A stretch of DNA of 64,000 nt. It comes from Tubulanus polymorphus. Taxonomy: Eukaryota; Animalia; Nemertea. The notes beneath the pieces were generated by a model, which did no database searches, was not told where the DNA came from, and saw only the letters and a list, made by a program, of their open reading frames with translations. The DNA is taken from NCBI RefSeq assembly GCF_964204645.1, contig NC_134036.1, positions 9,837,859 to 9,901,858 of the forward strand, read 5' to 3'. The stretch's first letter is position 1; each line of letters starts with the position of its first letter. Shown piece by piece: positions 44,701-60,646 of the stretch. The position numbers and the translations under genes were made by a program.

Positions 44701-47700
44701 AATCTATAGTAGGAGTCATTTCTATTCTCATCTCAAATAGACTGATTTTGGTTTTTGATAATTAATACTTATACACTATTAATAGACTTAATATATATTA
44801 GGAGTTGTTTCTATACTCATCTCAAATAGACTGATTTTGGTTTTTCATAATTAATACTTATACACCATAAAAATACTTAATCCATAGTAGGAGTTGTTTC
44901 TATACTCATCTTAAATATACTGACCGTTGGTTGTTGATAATTAATATTCAACACTATAATCAAGCTTAATCTATAGAAGGAGTATAACTATACTCATCTC
45001 AAATAAACTGACTGTTGGTTTTCGAAAAAATTTATGTTTATACACTATTAAAAAAGCTTAATCTATAGAAAGAGTCATTCCTATACTCATGTAAAATACA
45101 CTGAATTGGTTTTTGATGACGAATAGTTATACACTATAAAAAGGCTTAATCTATAGTAGGAGTTGTTTCTATACTCATCTCAAATAAACTGACTATGGCT
45201 TTTTATAATTAATACCTATACACTATAAAAAGGCTTAATCTATAGTAGGAGTTGTTTCTATACATATCTCAAATAAACTGACTACTGGTTTTGATAACTA
45301 ATATTTATACACTTTAAAAAAGCTTAATCTATAGTAAGAGTCGTTTCTATACTCATCTCAAATTGACTGATTTAGGTTTTTGATAATTAATACTTATACA
45401 CCATAAAAAGGCTTAATCTATAGAAGAAGTTGTTTCTATACTCATCACAAATAAACTGACTTTAGTTTATGATGACTAATCGACACAATGAAAAAGCTTA
45501 CATCTCAAATAAACTGACTGTTGGTTTTTCGAAAATTAATATTTATACACTATAAAAAAGCTTAATCTATAGAAAGAGTCATTCCTATACTCATGTAAAA
45601 TACACGGATTTGGTTTTTGATGACAAACAGTTATACACTATAAAAAGGCTTAATCTATAGTAGAAGTTGTTTCTATACATATCTCAAATAAACTGACTGC
45701 TGGTTTTGATAACTAATATCTATACACTATAAAAAGCTTAATCTATAGTGGGAGTCATTTCTATTCTCATCTCAAATAGACTGATTTTGGTTTTTGATAA
45801 TTAATACTTATACACTATTAAAAGACTTAATCTATAGTAGGAGTTGTTTCTATACTCATCTCAAATAAACTGACTATGGCTTTTTATAATTAATACTTAT
45901 ACACTTTAAAAAGGCTTAATCTATAGTAGGAGTTGTTTCTATACATATCTCAAATAAACTGACTACTGGTTTTGATAACTAATATTTATACACTTTAAAA
46001 AAGCTTAATCTATAGTAAGAGTCGTTCCTATACTCATCTCAAATTGACTGATTTAGGTTTTTGATAATTAATACTTATACACCATAAAAAGGCTTAATCT
46101 ATAGAAGAAATTGTTTCTATACTCATCACAAATAAACTGACTTTAGTTTTTGATGACTAATAGACACAATGAAAAAGCTTACATCTCAAATAAACTAACT
46201 GTTGGTTTTCGAAAAATTAATATTTATACACTATCAAAAATGCTTAATCTATAGAAAGAGTCATTCCTATACTCTTGTAAAATACACGGATTTGGTTTTT
46301 GATGACACACAGTTATACACTATAAAAAGGCTTAATCTATAGTACAAGTTGTTTCTATACATATCTCAAATAAACTGACTGCTGGTTTTGATAACTAATA
46401 TTTATACACTATAAAAAGGCTTAACCTATAGTAGGAGTCATTTCTATTCTCATCTCAAATAGACTGATTTTGGTTTTTGATAATTAATACTTATACACAT
46501 TAAAAGACTTAATCTATAATAGGAGTTGTTTCTATACTCATCTCAAATAAACTGACTATGGCTTTTTATAATTAATACTTATACACTATAAAAAGGCTTA
46601 ATCTATAGTAGGAGTTGTTTCTATACATATCTCAAATAAACTGACTACTGGTTTTGATAACTAATATTTATACACTTTAAAAAAGCTTAATCTATAGTAA
46701 GAGTCGTTTCTATACTCATCTCAAATTGACTGATTTAGGTTTTTGATAATTAATACTTATACCCCATAAAAAGAATTAATCTATAGTAGGAGTTGTTTCT
46801 ATACTCATCTTAAATAAACTGACTGTTGGTTTTTGATAATTAATATTCATCACTATAATCAAGCTTAATCTATAGAAGAAGTTGTTTCTATACTCATCAC
46901 AAATAAACTGACTTAAGTTTATGATGACTAATAGACACAATGAAAAAGCTTACATCTCAAATAAACTGACTGTTGGTTTTCGAAAATTAATATTTATACA
47001 CTATAAAAAGCTTAATCTATAGAAAGAGTCATTCCTATACTCATGTAAAATACACGGATTTGGTTTTTGATGACAAACAGTTATACACTATAAAAAGGCT
47101 TAATCTATAGTAGAAGTTGTTTCTATACATATCTCAAATAAACTGACTGCTGGTTTTGATAACTAATATCTATACACTATAAAAAAGCTTAATCTATAGT
47201 GGGAGTCATTTCTATTCTCATCTCAAATAGACTGATTTTGGTTTTTGATAATTAATACTTTTACACTATTAAAAGACTTAATCTATAGTAGGAGTTGTTT
47301 CTATACTCATCTCAAATAAACTGACTATGGCTTTTTATAATTAATACTTATACACTTTAAAAAGGCTTAATCTATAGTAGGAGTTGTTTCTATACATATC
47401 TCAAATAAACTGACTACTGGTTTTGATAACTAATATTTATACACTTTAAAAAAGCTTAATCTATAGCAGGAGTCGTTTCTATACTCATCTCAAATTGACT
47501 GATTTAGGTTTTTGATAATTAATACTTATACACCATAAAAAGGCTTAATCTATAGAAGAAATTGTTTCTATACTCATCACAAATAAACTGACTTTAGTTT
47601 ATGATGACTAATAGACACAATGAAAAAGCTTACATCTCAAATAAACTGACTGTTGGTTTTTCGAAAATTAATATTTATACACTATAAAAAAAGCTTAATC

Positions 47701-50700
47701 TATAGAAAGAGTCATTCCTATACTCATGTAAAATACACGGATTTGGTTTTTGATGACAAACTGTTATACACTATAAAAAGGCTTAATCTATAGTAGAAGT
47801 TGTTTCAATGCATATCTCAAATAAACTGACTGCTGGTTTTGATAACTAATATTTATACACTATAAAAAAGCTTAATCTATAGTAGGAGTCATTTCTATTC
47901 TCATCTCAAATAGACTGATTTTGGTTTTTTATAATTAATACTTATACACCATAAAAATACTTAATCCATAGTAGGAGTTGTTTCTATACTCATCTTAAAT
48001 ATACTGACTATGGCTTTTTATAATTAATACTTATACACTATTAAAAAGGCTTTATCTATAGTAGGAGTTGTTTCTATACATATCTCAAATTAACTGACTG
48101 CTGGTTTTGATAACTAATATTTATACATTATATAAAAGCTTAATCTATAGTAGGAGTCATTTCTATTCTCATCTCAAATAGACTGATTTTGGTTTTTGAT
48201 AATTAATACTTATACACTATTAATAGACTTAATATATATTAGGAGTTGTTTCTATACTCATCTCAAATAGACTGATTTTGGTTTTTCATAATTAATACTT
48301 ATACACCATAAAAATACTTAATCCATAGTAGGAGTTGTTTCTATACTCATCTTAAATATACTGACCGTTGGTTGTTGATAATTAATATTCAACACTATAA
48401 TCAAGCTTAATCTATAGAAGGAGTATAACTATACTCATCTCAAATAAACTGACTGTTGGTTTTCGAAAAAATTTATGTTTATACACTATTAAAAAAGCTT
48501 AATCTATAGAAAGAGTCATTCCTATACTCATGTAAAATACACTGAATTGGTTTTTGATGACGAATAGTTATACACTATAAAAAGGCTTAATCTATAGTAG
48601 GAGTTGTTTCTATGCATATCTCAAATAAACTGACTGCTGGTTTTGATAACTAACATTTATTCACTATAAAAATGCTTAATCTATAGTAGGAGTCATTTCT
48701 ATACATATCTCAAATAGACTGATTTTGGTTTTTGATAATTAATACTTATACACTATTAAAAGACTTAATCTATAGTCGGAGTTGTTTCCATACTCATCTC
48801 AAATAAACTGACTATGGCTTTTTATAATTAATACTTATACACTATAAAAAGGCTTTATCTATAGTAGGAGTTGTTTCTATACATATCTCAAATAAACTGA
48901 CTAGTGGTTATGATAACTAATATTTATACACTAAAAAAAAGCTTAATCTAAAGTAGGAGTCGTTTCTATACTCATCTAGAATAGACTTATTTTGGTTTTT
49001 GATAATTAATACTCATACACCATAAAAAGACTTAATCTATAGTAGGAGTTGTTTCTATACTCATCTTAAATAAACTGGCTGTTGGTTTTTGATAACTTAA
49101 TATTTATTCACTATAAAGATGCTTAATCTATAGTAGGAGTCATTTCTATACTCATCTCAAATAGACTGATTTTGGTTTTTGATAATTAATACTTATACAC
49201 TAAAAGACTTAATCTATAGTAGGAGTTGTTTCTATACTCATCTCAAATAAACTGACTATGGCTTTTTATAATTAATACTTATACACTATAAAAGGCTTTA
49301 TCTATAGTAGGAGTTTTTTTCTATACATATCTCAAATAAACTGACTGCTGGTTTTGATAACTAATATTTATACACTATAAAAAAGCTTAATCTATAGTAG
49401 GAGTAGTTTCTATACTCATCTCAAATAGACTGATTTTGGTTTTTGATAATGAATACTTATACACCATAAAAAGACTTAATCTATAGTAGGAGTTGTTTCT
49501 ATACATATCTCAAATAAACTGACTACTGGTTTTGATAACTAATATTTATACACTTTAAAAAAGCTTAATCTATAGCAGGAGTCGTTTCTATACTCATCTC
49601 AAATTGACTGATTTAGGTTTTTGATAATTAATACTTATACACCATAAAAAGGCTTAATCTATAGAAGAAATTGTTTCTATACTCATCACAAATAAACTGA
49701 CTTTAGTTTTTGATGACTAATAGACACAATGAAAAAGCTTACATCTCAAATAAACTGACTGTTGGTTTTTCGAAAATTAATATTTATACACTATAAAAAA
49801 AGCTTAATCTATAGAAAGAGTCATTCCTATACTCATGTAAAATACACGGATTTGGTTTTTGATGACAAACTGTTATACACTATAAAAAGGCTTAATCTAT
49901 AGTAGAAGTTGTTTCTATGCATATCTCAAATAAACTGACTGCTGGTTTTGATAACTAATATTTATACACTATAAAAAAGCTTAATCTATAGTAGGAGTCA
50001 TTTCTATTCTCATCTCAAATAGACTGATTTTGGTTTTTGATAATTAATACTTATACACCATAAAAATACTTAATCCATAGTAGGAGTTGTTTCTATACTC
50101 ATCTTAAATATACTGACTATGGCTTTTTATAATTAATACTTATACACTATTAAAAAGGCTTTATCTATAGTAGGAGTTGTTTCTATACATATCTCAAATT
50201 AACTGACTGCTGGTTTTGATAACTAATATTTATACACTGTAAAAAAGCTTAATCTATAGCAGGAGTCGTTTCTATACTCATCTCAAATTGACTGACTATG
50301 GCTTTTTATAATTAATACTTATACACTATAAAAAGGCTTTATCTATAGTAGAAGTTGTTTCTATACATATCTCAAATAAACTGACTGCTGGTTTTGATAA
50401 CTAATATTTATACATTATATAAAAGCTTAATCTATAGTAGGAGTCATTTCTATTCTCATCTCAAATAGACTGATTTTGGTTTTTGATAATTAATACTTAT
50501 ACACTATTAATAGACTTAATATATATTAGGAGTTGTTTCTATACTCATCTCAAATAGACTGATTTTGGTTTTTCATAATTAATACTTTAACCATAAAAAA
50601 ATACTTAATCCATAGTAGGAGTTGTTTCTATACTCATCTTAAATATACTGACCGTTGGTTGTTGATAATTAATATTCAACACTATAATCAAGCTTAATCT

Positions 50701-53700
50701 ATAGAAGGAGTATAACTATACTCATCTCAAATAAACTGACTGTTGGTTTTCGAAAAAATTTATGTTTATATCAAATAAACTGACTGTTGGTTTTCGAAAA
50801 AATTTATGTTTATACACTATTAAAAAAGCTAAATCTATAGAAAGAGTCATTCCTATACTCATGTAAAATACACTGAATTGGTTTTTGATGACGAATAGTT
50901 ATACACTATAAAAAGGCTTAATCTATAGTAGGAGTTGTTTCTATGCATATCTCAAATAAACTGACTGCTGGTTTTGATAACTAACATTTATTCACTATAA
51001 AAATGCTTAATCTATAGTAGGAGTCATTTCTATACATATCTCAAATAGACTGATTTTGGTTTTTGATAATTAATACTTATACACTAAAAGACTTAATCTA
51101 TAGTAGGAGTTGTTTCTGTACTTATCTCAAATAAACTGAGTATGGCTTTTTATAATTAATACTTATACACTATAAAAGGCTTTATCTATAGTAGGAGTTG
51201 TTTCTATACATATCTCAAATAAACTGACTGCTGGTTTTGATAACTAACATTTATACACCATAAAAAGACTTAATCTATAGTAGGAGTCGTTTCTATACTC
51301 ATCTAAAATAGACTGATTTTTGGTTTTTGATGACTAATAGACACAATAATGAGGCTTAATCTATACTTGTAGTTGTTTCTATACTCATCTCAAATAAACT
51401 GACTTTAGTTTTTGATGACTAATAGACACAATAAAAAGCTTACTCTATAGTAGGAGTCGTTTCTATACTAATCTCAAATAAACTGACTTTAGTTTTTGAT
51501 GACTAATAGACACAATAAAGAGGCTTAATCTATAGGAGTAGTTGTTTCTATACTCATCTCAAATAAACTGACTTAAGTTTTTGATGACTAATAGACACAA
51601 TGAAAAAGCTTACTCTATAGTAGGAGTCGTTTCTATACTCATCTTAAATAAACTGACTATGGCTTTTTATAATTAATACTTATACTCTATAAAAAGGCTT
51701 AATCTATAGTAGGAGTTGTTTCTATACATATCTCAAATAAACTGACTACTGGTTATGATAACTAATATTTATACACTAAAAAAAAAGCTTAATCTAAAGT
51801 AGGAGTCGTTTCTATACTCATCTAGAATAGACTTATTTTGGTTTTTGATAATTAATACTCATACACCATAAAAAGACTTAATCTATAGTAGGAGTTGTTT
51901 CTATACTCATCTTAAATAAAATGGCTGTTGGTTTTTGATAACTAATATTTATTCACTATAAAAATGCTTAATCTATAGTAGGAGTCATTTCTATACTCAT
52001 CTCAAATAGACTGATTTTGGTTTTTGATAATTAATACTTATACACTAAAAGACTTAATCTATTGTAGGAGTTGTTTCTATACTCATCTCAAATAAACTGA
52101 GTATGGCTTTTTATAATTAATACTTATACACTATAAAGCGCTTTATCTATAGTAGGAGTTGTTTCTATACATATCTCAAATAAACTGACTGCTGGTTTTG
52201 ATAACTAATATTTATACACTATAAAAAAGCTTAATCTATAGTAGGAGTCGTTTCTATACTCATCTCAAATAAACTGACTTTAGTTTTTGATGACTAATAG
52301 ACACAATGAAAAAGCTTACTCTATAGTAAGAGTTGTTTCTATACTCATCTTAAATAAACTGAGTATGGCTTTTTATAATTAATACTTATACACTATAAAA
52401 GGCTTTATCTATAGTAGGAGTTGTTTCTATACATATCTCAAATAAACTGACTGCTGGTTTTGATAACTAATATTTATACACTATAAAAATGCTTAATCTA
52501 TAGTAGGAGTCATTTCTATACTCATCTCAAATAGACTGATTTTGGTTTTTGATAATTAATACTTATACACTAAAAGACTTAATCTATAGTAGGAGTTGTT
52601 TCTGTACTTATCTCAAATAAACTGAGTATGGCTTTTTATAATTAATACTTATACACTATAAAAGGCTTTATCTATAGTAGGAGTTGTTTCTATACATATC
52701 TCAAATAAACTGACTGCTGGTTTTGATAACTAACATTTATACACCATAAAAAGACTTAATCTATAGTAGGAGTCGTTTCTATACTCATCTCAAATAGACT
52801 GATTTTTGGTTTTTGATGACTAATAGACACAATAATGAGGCTTAATCTATAGTTGTAGTTGTTTCTATACTCATCTCAAATAAACTGACTTTAGTTTTGA
52901 TGACTTATAGACACAATAAAAAGCTTACTCTATAGTAGGAGTCGTTTCTATACTAATCTCAAATAAACTGACTTTAGTTTTTGATGACTAATAGACACAA
53001 TAAAGAGGCTTAATCTATAGGAGTAGTTGTTTCTATACTCATCTCAAATAAACTGACTTAAGTTTTTGATGACTAATAGACACAATGAAAAAGCTTACTC
53101 TATAGTAGGAGTCGTTTCTATACGTATCTCAACTTGACTGACTTTGGTGTTTCATGGTTAATAATTATGCCCTATGAGAAAATGTCATTTTTATATAATC
53201 ATCTCAAATGGTCTGAATTTTGTTTTTGGGGAGTAAAACATGAAACACTATACTGTGAAGTAGGGGTCAGTTGATTAATGATCATCTCAAAAGGACTGAC
53301 TTGGTTTTAAATAGTAATATTCATGTTGAAATACTACACTTGGAATTATTTTATAGTAGGGGTCATTTTTATATACAATGTATACTCATACCAACTTTGG
53401 TTTTTGAAGAGTAATATTTCTATAGGAATACTTTACTGCCAGTCGTTCTACATTAAGATACATAATTTATATAGAAATATTGTGAATCGTTATACGGAAG
53501 GGTTTAAATGTAGAAACAAAAGCCATGTATTTGACCGTTTTATGACTTAAAATCACCTGCTTAGCCCAGGCTCATGATAGCTGGTGAATCAGTGACAATC
53601 TTCTGGTCAAAAATGGGAAGTAGTACTAAAATGGTCGATATCCAATTGGTCAAAAAAACCGAGGGCTCAATAAGGATACTGTAATGACTTACCAATTTCT

Positions 53701-56700
53701 TTACTGACAACTTTTACTTCAAATTTACATCTTGAAAATAAAGACAAATCCTTTGCGCAAACTATTCGTTTCGATCTCCTCCTTGTTGTTCACTCTGAAA
53801 ATAACCAAATTACTTATTAGGCACAGGCCTAAATGATAAGAATTTACAAAGATAACAAAGAAAATAACAAAATTGCATAGACTGGGGCATCAATATCCTA
53901 AATATAAAATGGACTGAATTTGCTGCTTGAAGATGCCTATTTATATAGAAAAACTATATTTACATTTATTCTTTAAAAGGTGTCACCTTTATGTACTCAT
54001 CACAAACAGACTGACTTAGGTATTTGAAGATACCGTGACACGCTTTATTGTGAATTATTCTAGACGGAGGTTGTTTTTCTACAATCATCTCCTTTGAGAT
54101 GACTGGTTCTCGAAGATTTATGTTTAACACTATTCTCTGAATCATATTATTCTAAGGGTCATTTTTATATAATCATCTCGATAAAACTGACTGTGGTTAT
54201 TGGAAATAACATATATTGAGAATGACTATTCTGCGAGTCATTCTACACAATGTGTCGTTGCATATTCTTCTCAAATAAAGTGACTCCGGTTATGGTAATT
54301 AATATTTGCACACCTTTACTGAGATTCAATCTATCGTAGGAGCCATTTTTATACTCATCTGAAATAGACTGACTTTGATTTTGAAGATAAATATTTATAC
54401 ACTATTCTGAAATTAATTCTATGGTAGAACACATCCTTATACTTATCTCAAATAGACTGACTTTGGTTTTTGGTGATTAATATTCGCACACTTTACTGAG
54501 ATTCAATCTACAGGAGTAGTAGTTTTTATATTCATCTCAAATAGACTGTTTTCTTTAAAGATTGTAACTTATACACTATAGGCCTAATTGAATTCATTCT
54601 ATGGAAGGACACATTCTTATACAACTTATCTTCTTATACTTATCTCAAATAGGTCTAGATTGACTTTGGTTTTTGATGATCAATATTTATACACTACAGC
54701 TACAGTTTAACTCAAATAGACTGGTTTTTATGATTAATATTTATACAGAAGGAAAAAAGACTTAATCTATTGTAGGAGTCATTTTTACACTTATTTCAAA
54801 TAGACTGACTTTGGTTTTAAAGATAAATATTTATACGCTATACTGAAATTAATTAATTCTATGGTTGGACACATTCTTATACTAATCTCAAATAGACTGT
54901 TTTTTTTAAGATTATAACTAATACACTATAATTGAATCCATTCCATGGTAGGACACATTCTTATACTTATATTAAAAAGGCCTAGATTGACTTTGGTTTT
55001 TGATGATCCATATTTATACACTATCAAAAGACTAAATCTATAGTAGGAGTCGTTTCTATACATATCTCAACTAGACTGAGTTTGGTATTTTATAGTTAAT
55101 ATTTATACACTATGAAAAAGGTCATTTTATATACTCATCTCAAATGGTCTGAATTTGGTTTCTGGAGAGTAAAACATGACACACTATACTGTGAAGTAGG
55201 GGTCAGTTGATTAATAATCATCTCAAAAGGACTGACTTGGTTTTAAATAGTAATATACATGTAGAAATACTACACTTGGAATTATTTTATAGTAGGGGTC
55301 ATTTTTATATACAATGTATACTCATACCAACTTTGGTTTTTGAAGAGTAATATTTCTATAGGAATACTTTACTGCCAGTCGTTCTACATTAAGATACATA
55401 ATTTATATAGAAATATTGTGAATCGTTATACGGAAGGGTTTAAATGTAGAAACAAAAGCCATGTATTTGACCGTTTTATGACTTAAAATCACCTGCTTAG
55501 CCCAGGCTCATGATAGCTGGTGAATCAGTGACAATCTTCTGGTCAAAAATGGGAAGTAGTACTAAAATGGTCGATATCCAATTGGTCAAAAAAACCGAGG
55601 GCTCAATAAGGATACTGTAATGACTTACCAATTTCTTTACTGACAACTTTTACTTCAAATTTACATCTTGAAAATAAAGACAAATCCTTTGCGCAAACTA
55701 TTCGTTTCGATCTCCTCCTTGTTGTTCACTCTGAAAATAACCAAATTACTTATTAGGCACAGGCCTAAATGATAAGAATTTACAAAGATAACAAAGAAAA
55801 TAACAAAATTGCATAGACTGGGGCATCAATATCCTAAATATAAAATGGACTGAATTTGCTGCTTGAAGATGCCTATTTATATAGAAAAACTATATTTACA
55901 TTTATTCTTTAAAAGGTGTCACCTTTATGTACTCATCACAAACAGACTGACTTAGGTATTTGAAGATACCGTGACACGCTTTATTGTGAATTATTCTAGA
56001 CGGAGGTTGTTTTTCTACAATCATCTCCTTTGAGATGACTGGTTCTCGAAGATTTATGTTTAACACTATTCTCTGAATCATATTATTCTAAGGGTCATTT
56101 TTATATAATCATCTCGATAAAACTGACTGTGGTTATTGGAAATAACATATATTGAGAATGACTATTCTGCGAGTCATTCAACACAATGTGTCGTTGCATA
56201 TTCTTCTCAAATAAAGTGACTCCGGTTATGGTAATTAATATTTGCACACCTTTACTGAGATTCAATCTATCGTAGGAGCCATTTTTATACTCATCTGAAA
56301 TAGACTGACTTTGATTTTGAAGATAAATATTTATACACTATTCTGAAATTAATTCTATGGTAGAACACATCCTTATACTTATCTCAAATAGACTGACTTT
56401 GGTTTTTGGTGATTAATATTCGCACACTTTACTGAGATTCAATCTACAGGAGTAGTAGTTTTTATATTCATCTCAAATAGACTGTTTTCTTTAAAGATTG
56501 TAACTTATACACTATAGGCCTAATTGAATTCATTCTATGGAAGGACACATTCTTATACAACTTATCTTCTTATACTTATCTCAAATAGGTCTAGATTGAC
56601 TTTGGTTTTTGATGATCAATATTTATACACTACAGCTACAGTTTAACTCAAATAGACTGAAATAAACAAATAAACAAAAGCCATGTATTTGACCGTTTTA

Positions 56701-59700
56701 TGACTTAAAATCACCTGCTTAGCCCAGGCTCATGATAGCTGGTGAATCGGTGACAATCTTCTGGTCAAAAATGGGAAGTAGTACTAAAATGGTCGATATC
56801 CAATTGGTCAAAAAAAACCGAGGGCTCAATAAGGATACTGTAATGACTTACCAATTTTTTTACTGACACCTTTTACTTCAAATTTACATCTTGAAAATAA
56901 AGACAAATCCTTTGCGCAAACTATTCGTTTCGATCTCCTCCTTGTTGTTCACTCTGAAAATAACCAAATTACTGATTAGGCACAGGCCTAAATGATAAGA
57001 ATTTACAAAGATAACAAAGAAATTAACAAAATTGCATAGACTGGGGCATCAATATCCTAAATATAAAATAGACTGAATTTGCTGCTTGAAGATACCTATT
57101 TATATAGAAATACTATATTTACATTTATTCTATACAAGGTGTCACCTTTATGTGCTCACCACAAACAGACTGACTTAGGTATTTGAAGATACCATGACAC
57201 GCTTTATTGTGAATTATTCTAGACGGAGGTTGTTTTTCTGCAATCATCTCCTTTGAGATGACTCTTGTTCTTGAAGATTTATGTTTAACACTATTCTCTG
57301 GATCATATTATTCTAAGGGTCATTTTTTATAATCATCTCAATTGAACTGTGGTTTTTGGTAATTAATATTCGCACACTTTACTGAGATTCAATCTAAGGA
57401 GTAGTTTTTATAGTACACTATAATTGAATTCATTCCATGCTAGGACACATTCTTATACTTATCCCAAATAGATCTGGATTGACTTTGGTTTTTGATGATT
57501 GATACTTATACAGCATGAAAAAGACTTAATCTATAGTAGGAGTCGTTTTTACAATTATCTCAAATAGACTGACTTTGGTTTTAAAGATAAATATTTATAC
57601 ACAATACTGAAATTAATTAATTCTATGATTGGACACATTCTTATACTAATCTCAAATAAACTGTTTTTTAAAGATTATAACTTATACACTATAATTGAAT
57701 CCATTCCATGGTAGGACACATTCTTATACTTATCTTATATAGGCCTAGATTGACTGTGGCTTTAGATAATTAATATCTATACAATATTAAAAAGACTAAG
57801 TCCATAGTAGGAGTCGTTTCTATACTCAACTCAAATAAACTGACTTTGGTTTTTGATGATTAATATTTATACACAATAAAAAGGCTTAATCGATAGTAGT
57901 AGTCGTTTCTATACTCATCTCAAATAAACTGATTTCGGTTTTTGATAACTAATATTTATACACTTTTTAAAAAAGCTTATTCTATAGTAGGAGTCGTTTC
58001 TATAATACCTAACTCAAATAAACCGATTTTGGTTTTTGATAACTAATATTTATTTATACAGTTTAAAGACTTAGTCTATAAAAGGATTCGTTTCCATACT
58101 CATCTGAAATAAACTGTCTTTGGTTTTTGATAATTAATATTCATACACTATACAAAAGACTTAATCTATGGAAGCAGTCGTTTCTATACTCATCTCAAAT
58201 AAACTGACTGTTGGTTTTAGATAACTAATATTTTTACACTATAAAAAACTTAATCTATAATAGGAGTCATTTCTATACTCATCTTACATAGACTGATTTT
58301 CGTTTTTGATGACTTAGGCCTATAGTTATACACTATAAAAAGGGTTAATCTATAGTAGGAGTTGTTTCTATACTCATCTCAAATAAACTGACTTTAGTTT
58401 TTGATGACTAATAGACACAATGAAAAAGCTTGCTCTATAGTAGGAGTCGTTTCTATACTAATCTCAAATAAACTGACTTTTGGTTTTTGATGACTAATAG
58501 ACACAATAAAGAGGCTTAATCTATAGGAGTAGTTGTTTCTATTCTCATCTCAAATAAACTGACTGTTGGTTTTTGATAACTAATATTTATACCCTATAAA
58601 AAAGCTTAATCTATAATAGGAGTCGTATCTATAATCATCTCGCATAGACTGATTTTCGTTTTTGATGACTTAGGCCTATAGTTATACACTATAAAAAGCT
58701 TAATCTATAGTATGAGTTGTTTCTATACTCATGTCAAATACACTTATTTGGTTTTTTATGACAAATATTTATACACTATAAAAAGGCTTAATCTATAGTA
58801 GGAGTTGTTTCTATACTCATCTCAAATAAACTGACTTTAGTTTTTGATGACTAATAGACACAATAAAGAGGTTTAATCTATAGAAAGAATCGTTCCTATA
58901 CTCATGTCAAATACACTGATTTGGTTCTTGATGACAAATAGTTAAACACTATAAAAAGGCTTAATCTATAGTAGTTGTTGTTTCTATACATATCTCAAAT
59001 AAACTGACTGCTGGATTTGAAAACTAATATCTATTCACTATAAAAAAGCTTAATCTACAGTAGGAGTCATTTCTATACTCATCTCAAATAGACTGATTTT
59101 GGATTTTGATAATTCATGCTTATACACTATTAAAAGACTTAATCTATAGTAGGATTTGTTTCTATACTCATCTAAAATAAACTGACTTTGGATTTCGATA
59201 ACGAATACTTATATACTATAAAAATACCTAATCTATAGTAGGAGTTGTTTCTATACTCATCTCAAAAAAACTGACTATGGCTTTTTATTATTAATATTCA
59301 ACACTATAATCAAGCTTAATCTATAGAAGGAGACGCTTCTATACTCATCTCAAATAAACTGACTTTTAGTTTTTGATGACTAATAGACACAATTAAGAGG
59401 CTTAATCTATAGTTGTAGTTGTTTCTATACTCATCTCAAATAAACTGACTTTAGTTTTTGATGACTAATAGACACAATGAAAAAGCTTACTCCATAGTAG
59501 GAGTCGTTTCTATACTAATCTCAAATAAACTGACTTATGGTTTTTTGATAGACACAATAAAGAGGCTTAATCTATAGGAGTAGTTGTTTCTATTCTCATC
59601 TCAAATAAACTGACTGTTGGTTTTCGATAATTAATATTTATACACTATAAAAAAGCTTAATCTATAGAAAGAATCGTTCCTTTACTCATGTCAAATACAC

Positions 59701-60646
59701 TGATTTGGTTTTTGATGACAAATAGTTATACACTATAAAAAGGCTTAATCTATAGCAGGAGTTGTTTCTATACATATCTCAAATACCGGTACGGTAAACT
59801 GACTGCTGGTTTTGATAACTAATATTTATTCACTATAAAAAAGCTTAATCTATAGTAGGAGTCATTTCTACACTCATCTCAAATAGAGTGATTTTGGTTT
59901 TTGATAATTAATACTTATACACTATTAAAAGACTTACTCTATAGTAGGAGTCGTTTCTATACTCATCTCAAATAGACTGATTTTGGTTTTTGATAATTAA
60001 TACTTATACACTATTAAAAGACTTACTCTATAGTAGGAGTCGTTTCTATACTAATCTCAAATAAACTGACTGTTGGTTTTCGATAATCAATATTTATACA
60101 CTATAAAAAAGCTTAATCTATAGAAAGAGTCGTTTCAATACTCATCTCAAATACACTGATTTGGTTTTCGATGACAAATAGTTATACACTATAAAAAGGC
60201 TTAATCTATAGTAGGAGTTGTTTCTTTACATATCTCAAATAAACTGACTGCTGGTTTTGATAACTAATATTTATACACTATAAAAAAGCTTAATCTATAG
60301 TAGGAGTCGTTTCTATACTCATCTCAAATAGACTGATTTTGGTTTTCGATAATGAATACTTATACACTATTAAAAGACTTAATCTATAGTAGGAGTTGTT
60401 TCTATACTCATCTCAAATAAACTGAGTATGGCTTTTTATAATTAATACTTATACACTATAAAAAGGCTTTATCTATAGTAGGAGTTGTTTATATACTAAT
60501 CTCAAATAAACTGACTGTTGGTTTTTGATAACTAATATTTATACACTACAAAAAAGCTTAACCTATAGTAGGAGTTCTTTCTAATCTCATTTCAAATAAA
60601 CTGACTTTCAAATAAACTGGTTTTTTATAATTAATACTTATACACT
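38800..60646. repeat. Satellite DNA domain, ~89-bp monomer, with interspersed spacer units
   Basis: Consensus ctcatctcaaataaactgactgttggtttttgataactaatatttatacactataaaaaagcttaatctatagtaggagtcgtttctata. Homogeneous arrays at ~41150-53150 and ~57750-60646, with degenerate monomers at the edges. Confidence 0.97.
53170..57750. repeat. Tandem ~1.94-kb spacer-plus-degenerate-monomer units (also at 39048-41150)
   Basis: gtgaagtaggggtcagttgattaat starts at 39048, 53255 and 55191 (last two 1936 bp apart). A 5'-truncated copy starts at ~56670. Confidence 0.92.

Noticed and set aside
41150-60646. CRISPR-like array
   Set aside because: Monomers are contiguous and similar along their whole length, with no unique spacers and no cas genes; the context is eukaryotic.
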